A DNA stretch of 64,000 nt from Octopus bimaculoides (taxonomy: Eukaryota). The position numbers and the translations under genes were made by a program. The stretch spans positions 13,339,487 through 13,403,486 of the forward strand of contig NC_068987.1 in the NCBI RefSeq assembly GCF_001194135.2, written 5' to 3'. Within the stretch, counting starts at the first letter, position 1, and every line of letters starts with the position of its first letter. The notes below the pieces were generated by a model that was given only the letters and a program-made list of their open reading frames with translations, made no database searches and had not been told where the DNA came from. Shown piece by piece: positions 25,173 to 37,997 of the stretch.

Positions 25173-26649
25173 GAGAGAGGAAGAGTGTGCATGTGTGTTT
25201 GTGTGTAAGAGTGGTTGGAATAAGTTTCAAACAACAAAACCATATGCATGTTAAATAGTTTTCCAGCTTATGGATTTCCACATCTGGAGAGAGAAGAGGT
25301 GGGAGCGAGAAAGCGTGTGAGTGTGTAGTAGTAGTAGTAGTAGTAGTGTCAGAAAACAGTTTTCCCATCTTATGGATTTCTACATCTGTTGAATCTGTTT
25401 AGAGCATTCAAAAGTCTGTTTATTTTGCGAATATTCTTTACTTACTCCCCCCCCCCCCCCCCGATAGTGTTTTTGAAATGGCTAAAACACATGTGAAGTG
25501 CCAAATATAGATATACAGTTTGGGTAACAATGAAAGCTTTATGATTTTTCTTTTTTCCTGCCGACAAATTTTAGTTATTTTCCTTTCTCATAGACAATAC
25601 AAACCAATTTTTTCCCTTTTTCTTTCTTTCTTGTTTTTCTTTTTGTTTTTGCTTCATTGGGATCTTATTGGCTGTAGATATAAACTATTTAAAAAGCAAG
25701 GTGGAGTTTGATGGCATTTGTACAACCTGAAGTACTTTGGGTGACATCAGACCAAGATTATTCATAGCTATTGTAGCACTTCCCATTCTAAAACGATATC
25801 CACATTCTATTTTTTGTGGCTATGTGGTAAGAAGCTTGCTTCCCAACCTCATGGTTCAGAGTTCAGTCCCATTGCATTGGCACCTTGGGCATATGTCTTC
25901 TACTACAGCCTCAGGCCAACCAAAGCCTTGTGAGAGGATTTCGTAGACAGAAATTGAAAAGAAGTCTGGTGGTATTAGCCTGTCATATATATATATGCAT
26001 ATATTTATGTGTGTGTTTGCTGTCTTATAATAATAATAACAAGAGCACTCAGAGAGTGCAAACCTCCACCAAGGCAACACCAACGTCCTCTCAACAATTA
26101 GCCAGAGATGATTTTTAAAATGAGAATATCTGAAATAAACTCGACTTCTCTCACAAACAAGAATACTAAAAATGAACCCAACCACTCTCAAATATTAAGT
26201 AAAAAGACAAGAAAAATAATCCAAAATCCTTGTCCGGTACCGGATTGATCCCAAAATCTAATGAGACCTTATAAGGCAAGCTGGCAGAATCATTAGAGCA
26301 TCGGTAAAAACGCTTAGTGGCATATCTTCTGGATTTGCGTTTTTAGTTCAAATTCCTCCAAGGTCAACTTTGCCTTTCATTCTACAGGATAGGGGAACAT
26401 TTCACAGTGTAGTCCTTAATACACAAGAAGACAAACTGATCACTGCTTAAACGCCTTTTATCACAGACTAATCTGGAGCACCACAACTACAGCTAGCAGA
26501 TCGATCTGCAAAAATTAGCAGTCCAAACTCTGGTAATACGTAGCAGCAAGCACTGGGAGCAAGATAATCAATAAGACCCCCTCCCCTCAAAATTTCAGGC
26601 CTTGTGTCTATAGTAGAAAGAATTATGTATAGTTGGCAACACTACTTAT

Positions 26650-27480
26650 ACATTGAAACATTTATATTCATGGAGAACAGTGTTAGAACATGTATTATGT
26701 AGTTTTGCTCAGTTGTGTAGTATTTGCATAATATTTTCAGGTTTCTAGTAGTTGTTCAGTGTTGTGGGGGAATGTTTTGGATGTAGTGGAGGTCTTATGG
26801 GTTGTCACTGTGGCAGGTTTGGCATGTTGGTAAGTTTGGCGTGTTGGTAGATTTGACGTGTTGACATGCGTTTATTGTTGTAGTATAATGCAGTAACATA
26901 AAATGGTGAGCAGGTGGGAATGGGAAGTTTAGGAGTAGTGCATTGTAAAGATTTTGAACACTTTTAATAAGGGTGGATCCTGGGGTTAGTGTTGGGGTTG
27001 TAAAACTAGAGGTTTAGGAAGTAAGGGGAGAATAGCCAATTCAACTGGGTTGAGTTTCTGGTTCATTTCAGACAACAATTTTGTAGTTTGAAAAGTACTT
27101 TGTGAGTGGGTAATGAAAGAAGTTTCTTCCCTTAACGATGTTTGCTGACAAAGACAATATTTTTTGACTTCTCTTTGATGTAGAGAATATATTTAATACT
27201 CTATTCATAAAATTTAACGATTTCTGTAATAGTACTTCAGTTTATAAAAAGGTTGGTCACTCAGCAGTCTTTCAGGTTCCATATTAGCTGGGATAATGGG
27301 GTCACATTGCAATTGCTTTTGTTGCTGAATGACACCATATGTTGTACAAATCTTCTTTTTAAGGTATTTCTTGTTGGTTCCATGTAGGTCATTATTATGT
27401 CGTCTCCATTGGGGATGTCGGCTGTGTACACCAGTTTCTTCTCAACTATATTTGTTGTTTAAAGTGGGGGAAGGGTCTTC
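26650..27480 (-). mobile_element. Penelope-like element relic, GIY-YIG endonuclease fragment and 3' region
   Basis: Minus-strand translation 27450-27265: KLVYTADIPNGDDIIMTYMEPTRNTLKRRFVQHMVSFSNKSNCNVTPLSQLIWNLKD; stops and frameshifts follow. Confidence 0.75.
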
Positions 27481-27849
27481 GGTTACACTGATCATTATGA
27501 CAAAGTGAAAATGTCGCTGACGTAAGAAATGGTGTTTGTATGAATGTGTGTGAGTGCATATGTGTGTATGTGCATGTGTGTGTGTGCATGTGTACGAGTA
27601 TGTATTTATATTCATACACACACATATATTAATGTATATATGTATTTAAGCATATCTATTTTTACATACGTATATTATATAGATAGTAGATAGATCAGAT
27701 TAGTAGACAGACAGATAGACAGATGGTGTTAATGTGTGCGTGTACACGTGTGTGTAAATGCGAATGTGTGTCTGTTCACAAAAATCCCAAAGCACCTTCG
27801 TGCGAGCGTATATGTAAATACATATACAACACAAACTCTCTCTTTCTCT

Positions 27850-27884
<35 letters not shown>

Positions 27885-30800
27885 TGTCCGCAATCGTTTA
27901 GTGTATGTTTCATGTATCTAGTGTGTACCGATAGTGTAAATTTCCTCACACACACATACTTTCTCCCTCTCTCTCTCTCCCTATTTATATCTGGTATTAT
28001 TTCTCTCCCCCTTTCTCTCTCTCTATATACATTATATATAATAAACCACAAAGCCTCTGAACAATTGCTCGAAATAGCAACCAAATCTCCCTCAAATTAT
28101 CCCCTTACAATCTAAAAAAAAAAGTGGGTGGGAAGCACCTTTCAGTGTAGTCCTTAATACACAAAAAGACAAACTGGTCACTGCTTAAACGCCTTTTATC
28201 ACAGACTAATCTGGAGCACTACAACTACAGCTAAGGGTAACTGTACATAGAAGATCGATCTGCAAAAACTAGCAGTCCAAACTCCGGTAAAATACACCTC
28301 CCAGCCTTCGAACCGAATGAAGACGTAGCCCTTGGTATACACAAGGATTGGTAGAACGCGTTCGTGGAAGGTTTATTGACTCGAAACAACCAGCTAAATC
28401 TTTTTCAAAATATGTATCCTGTCGCCTTAACGAAGGCAGATCACCGTATACTAAAGTCAATGTTAATGCCAAATACGATATGTTTGAAATAGCGTGTCGA
28501 TAGAATGTCAGCAATAAAGTCGATATGATCTGCAGAATGTGTCCGTGGATGATTAAAAACTTTCCAGTTTAGAGATCTGGTAACTATTGTTTTTCTCTTC
28601 AGTACGCTTTAATATGGCTACCCACCACGGTTTCCCAACATCAAACAATACATTATGAGAACTGAAGCTGCCTAGAGATTGATCGCGAAAGTCTACCTGT
28701 TTATTCATAATTTACGCTTTAGTTTGTTAGAGAGAAAGAGGAGGTGGATTGAGAGAGAGGAAGAGAGAATGTGAGAGTGAGTGCGAGAGCAGATAACCAG
28801 TCGATGCATTATGCAGTGAAAGTGAGAGGTGAATAGAAAGAGAGAAATGTTAAAAACATGATGAGGGAAATTATATGGTTAAAAAGTTTGTTGAAGAGGT
28901 TGAGAGAAAGAGAGAGAAATAAAGTGCTTAACAGAGGGAGATTTCAAAATCATTTAATATATTATTGTAAAATAATTTAGTAAAATAAAAATAAAAATGC
29001 AAATCTTTTCTTTCATAAATAACTTTCCCTCATCGTTTTCGTTCTGTGGAATTTCCATGGGTTCCACTAGTAAATAAATAAACAGAATGACAAATTGGTT
29101 ACTGGAATCACATGAGGAAAAATTCAAACTTTAATCCAACGCCGCCACATAACAACATATGTACAGAACGGAAAATATCCCACCACCACTGTCTGGAACA
29201 AAAGAGCCATATAAGCCTTTCACAAAAATCGAGCTCTCATCACATACCATTGTGACAAATACTTGAATAATTAAATTAGTCCTACTTTATTCAACAATAT
29301 CCTGGAAGAAATCAAAGAAAAATACCCCAGTTACATTTCGGCCAACAACTCCCAGCTTAAATGGGCTCCGAGTCCCAAAACACAACGTAAAAGACTATTC
29401 CAAGTGGTATTATTAAGTTAGACAAAGCTCGGACCAGTAATAGCCAAAAGGTATCTAGAATATCTAAGTATTTAAGTCATTACACATCTATATTCATTTA
29501 TCAAAGATCCTTCTCTCACCACCACCACCACCACAAGAAAATCTACCGTGTTAAAGAGTCAGTAATAAATTAACAATAGAACATACGGGTACATGTACTT
29601 AAATCCGTATTTAAAAAAAAAAAAGGCTCGCGGTAAGGTAATGAAAACACGAGCGATAATCAGTGCTTCTGAGTAGCTGTGCATTGTGGGTGGTTGCCGG
29701 GACGCATTTTTGCGGACCAAGCAGAATCTTTGACTGATCGCCAACCTGTGTTATCATACATCAATCCGCGATAAGTGTAACGTGGTTCACAACTGAGAGT
29801 ACCGTGTAATCCAGAATCAGTGATAAACGAGGATAGATGCACTACGTAAAGCACCTAAAGATAACTTAATGCATTGTATTCATGTTTTAGAAAGTTTAAA
29901 CAGCTGAACTCAGATTCTATTGTTCGAAGTAACATGTAACTAACCCCAAATTACTTGGTTGTATTTCAGACAACGATTCCACCTTCCCTTCCACCATTTT
30001 CACAAGTTAATAATTTATCATGAACCGGATATTTTCATAATGGATTTTCAACTAATATAATTTAATTTCCCAAATAATAAATTCATTACGTTGGTTCTAA
30101 TGTATATGGAAAAGAAGAAACCATTAAAAATATATTCATATTTGCTACAATTATTACTGTTTCTATGCTGTCTGCCTGACTTTAATAATATCTTCTAGAT
30201 TATAATCATACAAGGCTGTCATTTAAAATAAACATTTATTTTATAAAATGATAATCCTATAACACTCTCTTTCTCCCCCCCCCCCCACTTGTGTGTATGC
30301 GCTCGTATACACATATATATGTATGTATGTATGAAATGTAAGGGCTGCGACGCTGATGCGCATAAGCAAATAGGTTTTATGCTATTTCCCCATATACCTC
30401 AAAATCAGCAATTTGAATTCGTTTCCAGGGCGACTCAAGTATACATTTCCGATGAGCTGAAATAACAGCGAAATGTCGAGGTCTACCGGTTTTGTTCACC
30501 TACGAGGCCAATTTCTTTCGCCTGGTTTTGAAGTATACAGTGTTTTTTTGTTGTTGTTTTTTAACTTGACATGTTAAAGGGACTTTCTCGGAACGAAAGA
30601 CCGCAGCTGAAAAGCATTTACACAGAACACATTCATTAAGTATGTATCATCAATAATGTTACCATTATTAGAACTTCTTCTAACTCAAAACGCCTTATTA
30701 GTCAGTCGAAAGACACCTGTAGTTATTCCCTTGTTTGTATTTGTAATCGTGCAACATTTTCTTTTTTGCTTTCTTCCAAAAATTTAATGCTCTTAGCTTA

Positions 30801-31063
30801 GATTTTTGGAGCCTACCAATTTTGAACAGACTCAAATATAACAGGCCGAAACTGTAATGATAATTAGAAGCTTGACTGATGAACAGAGGGCCACGAATGA
30901 TACAGGAGAAGCAGTTATGATTTTATTCAACAGATTCTCTTCTTTAATTCACACACTTATTGTATCGGCCCTTCAGTTTTTCTAAGACCTGCAAAAGAAC
31001 TCGGAAGACTGGGCCTCCAACCAAGCCTTTCATGACACCCTTAAAGCCAGGAACTTTTCAGTA

Positions 31064-31096
<33 letters not shown>

Positions 31097-31117
31097 ATAA
31101 ACATATATATATATATA

Positions 31118-31161
<44 letters not shown>

Positions 31162-31245
31162 TAATTTATAATCAAGGATAAAATCCATATAGAATGTTAT
31201 CAAGTAGCTAGCATGTAAAAAAAAAACATTTAGGTAAAAAATTAA

Positions 31246-31729
31246 TACAAAGTATTTAATTTCATAAATATAATTATAAAATTATAATACGGGCAACTAC
31301 TGAGAAACGCCACATGCTCGAAGAAGACGTCAAATGGCTCTAAGAATACCTTATTTATCATATAGGCACGAACTGAAAGCGAGGGAATGGACAAAAAAGA
31401 TTTTTTTTAATGTTTAAGCATAAATCGCTTTCTGGTTTAGGGATGTAGTACCTTTTAATGCATTGTGTTCGTATGATATGTATAAATGTTTATAATTATA
31501 TACTTTCGGTTATGCCATACTGTAAATGGTATTACATCCCTAAACCAGAAATCGATCTACGGCTAAACTTTAAAAAAATATTTTTTATTCATTCCCTCAC
31601 TTTCAGCCCGTGTCTATGTGATAAGGTAGTTTTAGAGCCATTTGGTGTCTTCTTCTAGCATGTGGCATAACTCAGTGGTTGCCTTTATTATAATTTTATC
31701 ATTATTTTTATAAAATTTAATACTTTGTA
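31246..31729. repeat. Large foldback element, ~205-nt arms, ~70-nt spacer
   Basis: tacaaagta...ctggtttagggatgtagtacc pairs with ggtattacatccctaaaccag...tactttgta at roughly 80% identity. Confidence 0.85.
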
Positions 31730-34159
31730 CACACACACACACACTGAAAAGTAAGGATGAGTGCTCAACACTGCATTGATGGATAAATATTCTTTCTTTG
31801 CTGGTTAACAAGGCTGCCATTGGTTTCATGCCGAGAATTCTCTGTCTTCCATCCTTTCGGGGTCGATAAAATAAGTACCAGTTGAACACTGGAAGTCGAT
31901 GTAATCGACTATTTTCTTCCCTCCAAAATTTCGAGCTTTGCGCCTATAGTAAAAAGGAACATTACATATAGTAAGTTAACACGCGTATTGTTGTTACCTG
32001 ACAACACCTAATCACTATTTGGTAGTTTTTGTATGTTTTTTTTTAACTGGTTTGTTTTTCAAAACTGGAAATATTTCCCAAAGGTAGAACATGACAAGCA
32101 ATAACATAGAATAACTAAATAAATAAATAAAATAAAACAAAATAAATGTCTGTAAATTAGTCGTCTGAATTCAAAGAAAACCTCTTATTTCTAAAGCGTC
32201 AGGAATGAAGGTAAAAGAAACACTTTTTAAAATATAGGTGGACATAATAACTGCTCCCGTCTTCATAATCTTTACTTCTGCATTTTATTTATTATTATCA
32301 TCATCATCATCATTATTATTTGTCATATACTTTTTAGTGGGGATGATATATTGTTTATTGAGTTTTCTATATATTGTTCTCTCCTCACGAGTAATCCAAG
32401 ACAATGGCGTCCACAAGGCGAAATTATAGAGAGCGATTTTATTGTGCGGACTAAACAGGAATGGAAGCACGTGACAACATAATGATATTGTAAGGCCATA
32501 ACACTATGGCTGTGTGTGCATGTGTGCGGTCATGAAGGTGAGGGAAGGGATTTTTCATAACGCGTGTGTATGTGTGCGTGAGAAAATGAGAGAACGTGTG
32601 TATATAAGTATGCNNNNNNNNNNNNNNNNNNNNNNNNNNNNNNNNNNNNNNNNNNNNNNNNNNNNNNNNNNNNNNNNNNNNNNNNNNNNNNNNNNNNNNN
32701 NNNNNNNNNNNNNNNNNNNNNNNNNNNNNNNNNNNNNNNNNNNNNNNNNNNNNNNNNNNNNNNNNNNNNNNNNNNNNNNNNNNNNNNNNNNNNNNNNNNN
32801 NNNNNNNNNNNNNNNNNNNNTATATATATATATATATGAATATAAAGTGTGTGATTTTATGGTGCGACTCTTATGGCGAATCATTAAACGCAATATGCGT
32901 GTGTACGTGACTAGCCGTGGATAATGTTTCAAGCCTCGCTGTCTTGAAATTAGTCGAGGCTTTACAATTTATTTTAATGGATGTGTCCGAACTTCAGCGA
33001 CTCTCTCGTTCGTGTCACGTACCTATAGTAACGCTTTTTTTCGTTTTTGATTTCGTTTTATGTAGAGTTATGCGCTGTTGATTTTGCTTGGTTATGTTTG
33101 TCATAAATATAGAAAAAGATGTGTAGATGTTTCGGCCGAAGGAAATCCAGTTTTCACATCTCAGTCATCCTCCTCACATATATGTATCATAAATAAGTCA
33201 TCCTTCGATCGATATTCTATCCGTATTGCCCATAAAAGGTGGCGAGCTGGCAGAGTCGTTATCACGCCGAGCAAAATACTTAACGGCATTTCGTCTGTCT
33301 TGACGTTCTGAGTTCAAATTCCGACGAGGTCGACTTTGCCTTTCAGGGTCGATAAAATAAGTACCATTTGAGTACTGACATTGATACAATCGACTTAACC
33401 ACTCCAACGAAATTGCTGGCAATATGAAACTTATACTAATACCTATTATAAATTGATCTCAAATATCTAACTATTTTGAAGTCAGTGTACAGCATTAGTT
33501 CGTAACTTGGACAGTAGCGTCCCCTCCATCCACACATACTTGGGGGTGGGGTTAACTCACAAAGGAGGCGGCTTAAGTAAAAAGAGTGGTGGGGCACTCT
33601 GGAAACTGCTGTGTGTTGAGAGGGGTCCTAATTTTTCTTAGAAATAAAATATATAAATTTCCTCCTAACTTTCAGAAAAATGAAAATTTCATTTAAAAAT
33701 ACCCATTTTTCTGAATGTTATGAATACACGAAGTCGAGGATGGGCGGGGGACACTTGTGCAAGTATAACAAAAAAGCAATATGTGTTTAAAGCTGATATT
33801 TTAATCATATTTTCAAAAACATTCTTTGTTTAGGATTACAATATGAGTCAGACAATGTGTTATCAGAGAGCGGAAACGTGGCTGATGTTATGCCAAGTTT
33901 CATTATAATTTTGTTTTATAAGTCCTCGCTTTCTTTAGTGATTTCCATAAAAATCTAACTAAAGATGCACTGGCCCACGCAAATATTTAAAAGGTGGACA
34001 TAATAGAGGGGACAAAAAATTAGTTTTTGTTTGATTAAGATCATTTGTCCCCCACCCCCGCCCCAACAAAAAAACATGTCAAGGGACGTTTGTAAAACGT
34101 CATTCGGTGAAAGAGGGCACTGAGCTACAAAAGGTTGAGAACCTGAGTCTAGATGAAGA

Positions 34160-34470
34160 GGCGGAACAATGGAGACAGTGCATATATCGGTATGACTGCT
34201 AGCTTATTTAAGAACAGATTGTATAAACATAATTACATATTTTTTAGCATTACAAAACTAGAAATACATATACATCCAGTTTTTGAAAAATAGCACTATA
34301 TCCCATATCATTAAATGGCGACACTAAGACAAAATAACTGACTTATATACAATTGAATGTTTGCCGTAGCCTTGCTATAGCCTTTGTGCTCTGGAAAGGC
34401 TGTCTATCCTGAAACAGCAAACCAAAGAATTGAATAAACACAGAGAATTAATCGCTTCATGCACTGGTGC
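34160..34470 (+). mobile_element. Penelope-like element relic, GIY-YIG endonuclease fragment
   Basis: YIGMTASLFKNRLYKHNYIF from 34183 and CYSLCALERLSILKQQTKELNKHRELIASC at 34373-34462; interrupted by stops. Confidence 0.8.
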
Positions 34471-34483
34471 GTTTAAATAACTA

Positions 34484-34701
34484 CCGTAATTGATGGCATA
34501 CAAGACGTACAAGCGTATTAGATGCACCTCAATTTCAGTAGCGCATATTCAGGGAAAATATTTTCAGTGTATTAAAGCATGTAATATAGGCTCAACTTCG
34601 AATATAGGACCGGGAGGGATTTTTTGAGACTTTTTCTTTATCTTTTTATTATATTTTTATTTTTTTTGAAAAAAATGCGTCTCAGACGTCATCAAATACG
34701 G
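34484..34701. mobile_element. Tc1/mariner (pogo/Tigger-like) MITE with TA TSD
   Basis: ta|ccgtaattgatggcatacaagacg...cgtctcagacgtcatcaaatacgg|ta. Confidence 0.7.
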
Positions 34702-34889
34702 TACTTAAAAACCATAATGGCAACACAATAGGCCGTGATATGAAATCCCCTTAACAAATTTTGTTTTCACTTTTCTCTTCAAATGGTATTTTGTACCTAA
34801 TTAAAAAGATAACGCTAAAGTAACTTCTCAAACAATTAAATGAACATACGGTATTTAAAAAACAAACTAGAATATTCCCTCCTTCTAAG

Positions 34890-35600
34890 AATAGCACGTT
34901 TTCAAAAACCTGTACAAGCACTGTCGATTTTATGGAGTTGGATGAGCTTAATGTACAGCATAAGCATTTGGTCACTATAAAACAGATATAAAGTAGAAGA
35001 ACTGAAAATAAAACCGCATAAATATGTCTTCGTACATGTGAGTATGTATATACGTATATGAGTGTACGTGTAGCCTCGTTTATCACTGGTTCGTTTATCA
35101 TTGGTCCGGTATAATACGGTACGCTTAATTGCGAACCATGTTACGCCTATCACGGACTGGTCTGTGATAACACGGGTCGGCGTGTACGCTCAATTGTGAA
35201 CCATGTCACGCTTATTACGGATTGATCTGATAACACGGGTCGGCGATCAGACGAAGATTCTGCTTGTACAGCAAAAAACGCGCACCAGCGACCACTTATG
35301 ATGCTCAGCTACCTAGATGCACTGACTATAACTTGTGTTTACATGACTGTGCTGTGAAGCTGAGTAGTTTTTACACGGGTTGGCGTATTTATTATAGCCA
35401 TCAACACAAGACCTGGGACTCGTGGTGCGTTTTCTAAAACCTGTACAGACAAAGTCGAGTTGATGAAGTTAGATGAGCTAATGTACAGCATAACCAAATG
35501 CAAAATGGAAGAACTAAAAACAAAAACAAAAAAACATAAATATATCTTCGTATATGTAAGTACGTGTGTGCAGAATTTTTTTAAGGAAAAAAGTGTATCT
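34890..35600 (+). repeat. Complex repeat: ~140-bp direct repeats 530 bp apart, with an internal ~64-bp tandem pair
   Basis: 34895-35045 resembles 35428-35560; units tacgc..aattg.gaaccatgt.acgc...gataacacgggtcggcg. A homologous reverse copy lies at about 29655-29850. Confidence 0.7.
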
Positions 35601-36082
35601 TATATGCAATGCTTGATTAATCATTGAGCAAAATAAGCATGTGTTTAGGGCATGAAGCTACGTTACTGGTTCGAACTCGAAATCCTGTCGCAACTGACTT
35701 TAGATTTCGGCCATAAATAGAACAAGTGTAGAAAACGTCCTAACTTCTTCCCATAAAAAAAAAAAACAGCAACAATAAAACTGTGACCTTGCCTGTCAAC
35801 GTCTCGATAATGATAAATAAATAATATATAAATAAATATGAAAAGGCTGGCAAAGAAAAGGCAGGATTCTGAAACGGGCAATGTTAAAATAAATGAGATA
35901 GTTGTGAAGTTTACAAGGTAAACAACTGCAGATAATGACCTTTAACAGAATACAACGTTTGTTGTTTTATTTTTAACCTTGTCACTGTGTGTATACATGG
36001 ATAGTCACTGAAGGGGCAGTGTGCAGCAGCTTAAACATTTGAAAAATGCACACACACACATACATATTTACGTACATACATG

Positions 36083-36258
36083 TAGTAACGTAGCTAGAGG
36101 TAGGTCGAGGGGCGGTCGACGCCGGGCGATGCCTTTTTGGTGGCAGCACTTTTCAGTTCGCTGTATAAACCTGAATAAGCTTCATTTGTCAACCCTGGGT
36201 GGAGGACAGCAAACTTAAGTGTTGTTCTGGGCACACACACACACTAGCCACACCACTG
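36083..36258. mobile_element. hAT-type MITE with 8-bp TSD
   Basis: catacatg|tagtaacgtagctag...ctagccacaccactg|tatacatg. Confidence 0.7.
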
Positions 36259-36527
36259 TATACATGCGTAGATTCATATATGCAAACATACGTGTATAGA
36301 AATGTGTGTGCATGTAAGGTTATGTTTACAGTACGACTGCAAAAAGTATACGTATCAATATGGTCTCTTTCGTTTTTATAATTTAGAGTAATTTTTGACC
36401 GGCCACGTACTTGGTAGCAAGGTTATGAAGGAAAGTATTTTGTTTTGCCTGTCATCCTTTAAATCTTAAGGTCTTGCAAACTTTTATGGTCCCAGCATCT
36501 TGTTTTAACCATCATCCTTTAAATATT

Positions 36528-36922
36528 GTGGAGGCGCAATGGCCCAGTGGTTAGGGCAGCGGACTCGCGGTCATAGGATCGCGTTTTCGATTCCCAGACC
36601 GGGCGTTATGAGTGCTTATTGAGCGAAAACACCTAAAAGCTCCACGAGGCTCCGGCAGGGGATGGTGGCGAACCCTGCTGTACTCTTTCACCACAACTTT
36701 CTCTCACTCTTACTTCCTGTTTCTGTTGTGCCTGTAATTCAAAAGGGCCAGCCTTGTCACACTGTGTCACGTTGAATATCCCCCCCCCCACCGAGAACTA
36801 CGTTAAGGGTACACGTGTCTGCGGAGTGCTCAGCCACTTGCACGTTAATTTCACGAGCAGGCTGTTCCGTTGATCGAATCAACTGGAACTCTCGACGTCG
36901 TAAGCGACGGAGTGCCAACAAA
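36528..36922 (+). mobile_element. Full-length young tRNA-derived SINE (family F) with 12-bp TSD
   Basis: Head ggcgcaatggcccagtggttagggcagcggactcgcgg...ttcgattccc; flanked by cctttaaatatt at 36516-36527 and 36923-36934. Confidence 0.9.
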
Positions 36923-37190
36923 CCTTTAAATATTAATAAGGTCTTGCAGAATTTTATGGTACCAGAGAAAGTGTTCATTTCTAGCAGATGAATTAAGGAT
37001 TTGAATTTTCTCTCCAATATCCCAGGCTTAGCCATACTTTTGTTCCGGACGGGTTTGAAGTATGTATCCTTTTGTTCTAATATCAATAGGTATGAAGTTG
37101 GAAGTGTATCTTGGATACTGGATTTCCAAACTCCTTATCAAAGATCTATATATGTCCTGCATGCATGTATACCTGTATGTATACATGAAA

Positions 37191-37326
37191 CAGGGGCGGA
37201 CTGAGAATATTAAGGGCCCTCGGGCATAACTGTTTACCGGGATGTGTTTTAATTAGAGTTAACATGTAGAGTGCGGGCCTCTCAGAGCTCCAGTGCATGA
37301 TTGACCGACGGCTTAGTCTGCCCCTG
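37191..37326. mobile_element. hAT-type MITE with 8-bp TSD
   Basis: acatgaaa|caggggcggactgag...cttagtctgcccctg|gcatgaaa. Confidence 0.75.
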
Positions 37327-37997
37327 GCATGAAATAAGCATGCCACTCTTTATATGCTCAACAAATTCAATAGCTACAAAGAACTAGCTCTACTAATTTG
37401 CATATCTCTTTATTTAATATCAGAAACTTGTCAACAGGACTCTCTTGTTATATTCGAATGTACGCGAGCCAAAGAATTTTACTTTTTTTTTTTCAGGATG
37501 ATCCTGATACAAAGTGGAGCAAAGAAATCCCTTAGACAAGCCACACAGTGATTTGTTTAAAGTGGTGATGACTTGTGTGGGGCCATCCACGTTTATTTGG
37601 TCTGCTGATAGCAGCAGTTAGTACAGGTATGCCACGAAACTGATGAACAGCAGACGTCACTTGGATGGTCATTGACTCTCATGAGTTCGTCTGCTCTTTG
37701 CTGGATGTTGCTTTTCACCCCGCAGGGTGTCCAATAATCATCATCCTCACCAAACAAGCTTGCTGGGGTTGGCGATTTTAAGCCGACGACCCGACCATGT
37801 ATGTGACAAGCAGCGGTGGGTTACATGTTACCAATAACACTGGGCAGCGACCTCAAATACGCGCGCGCGCACATAATTAAAATCTGTGCGGCACAGGGGA
37901 ACAACAAAGGAACATACGGAAATACAGGACAAAAAACACAAAAAAAACCCACAACGGACGCGAACATGTTCAATCCTTCTTCGGTTATCGACCAAAC

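Noticed and set aside
25700-25790. Possible minus-strand exon MGSATIAMNNLGLMSPKVLQ
   Set aside because: Weak donor (gttgta), no homology, no phase-linked neighbours.
29150-29440. Decayed frame containing ISPTLFNNILEEI, resembling an RT motif
   Set aside because: No upstream QG motif or downstream YADD-like motif; too weak to call.
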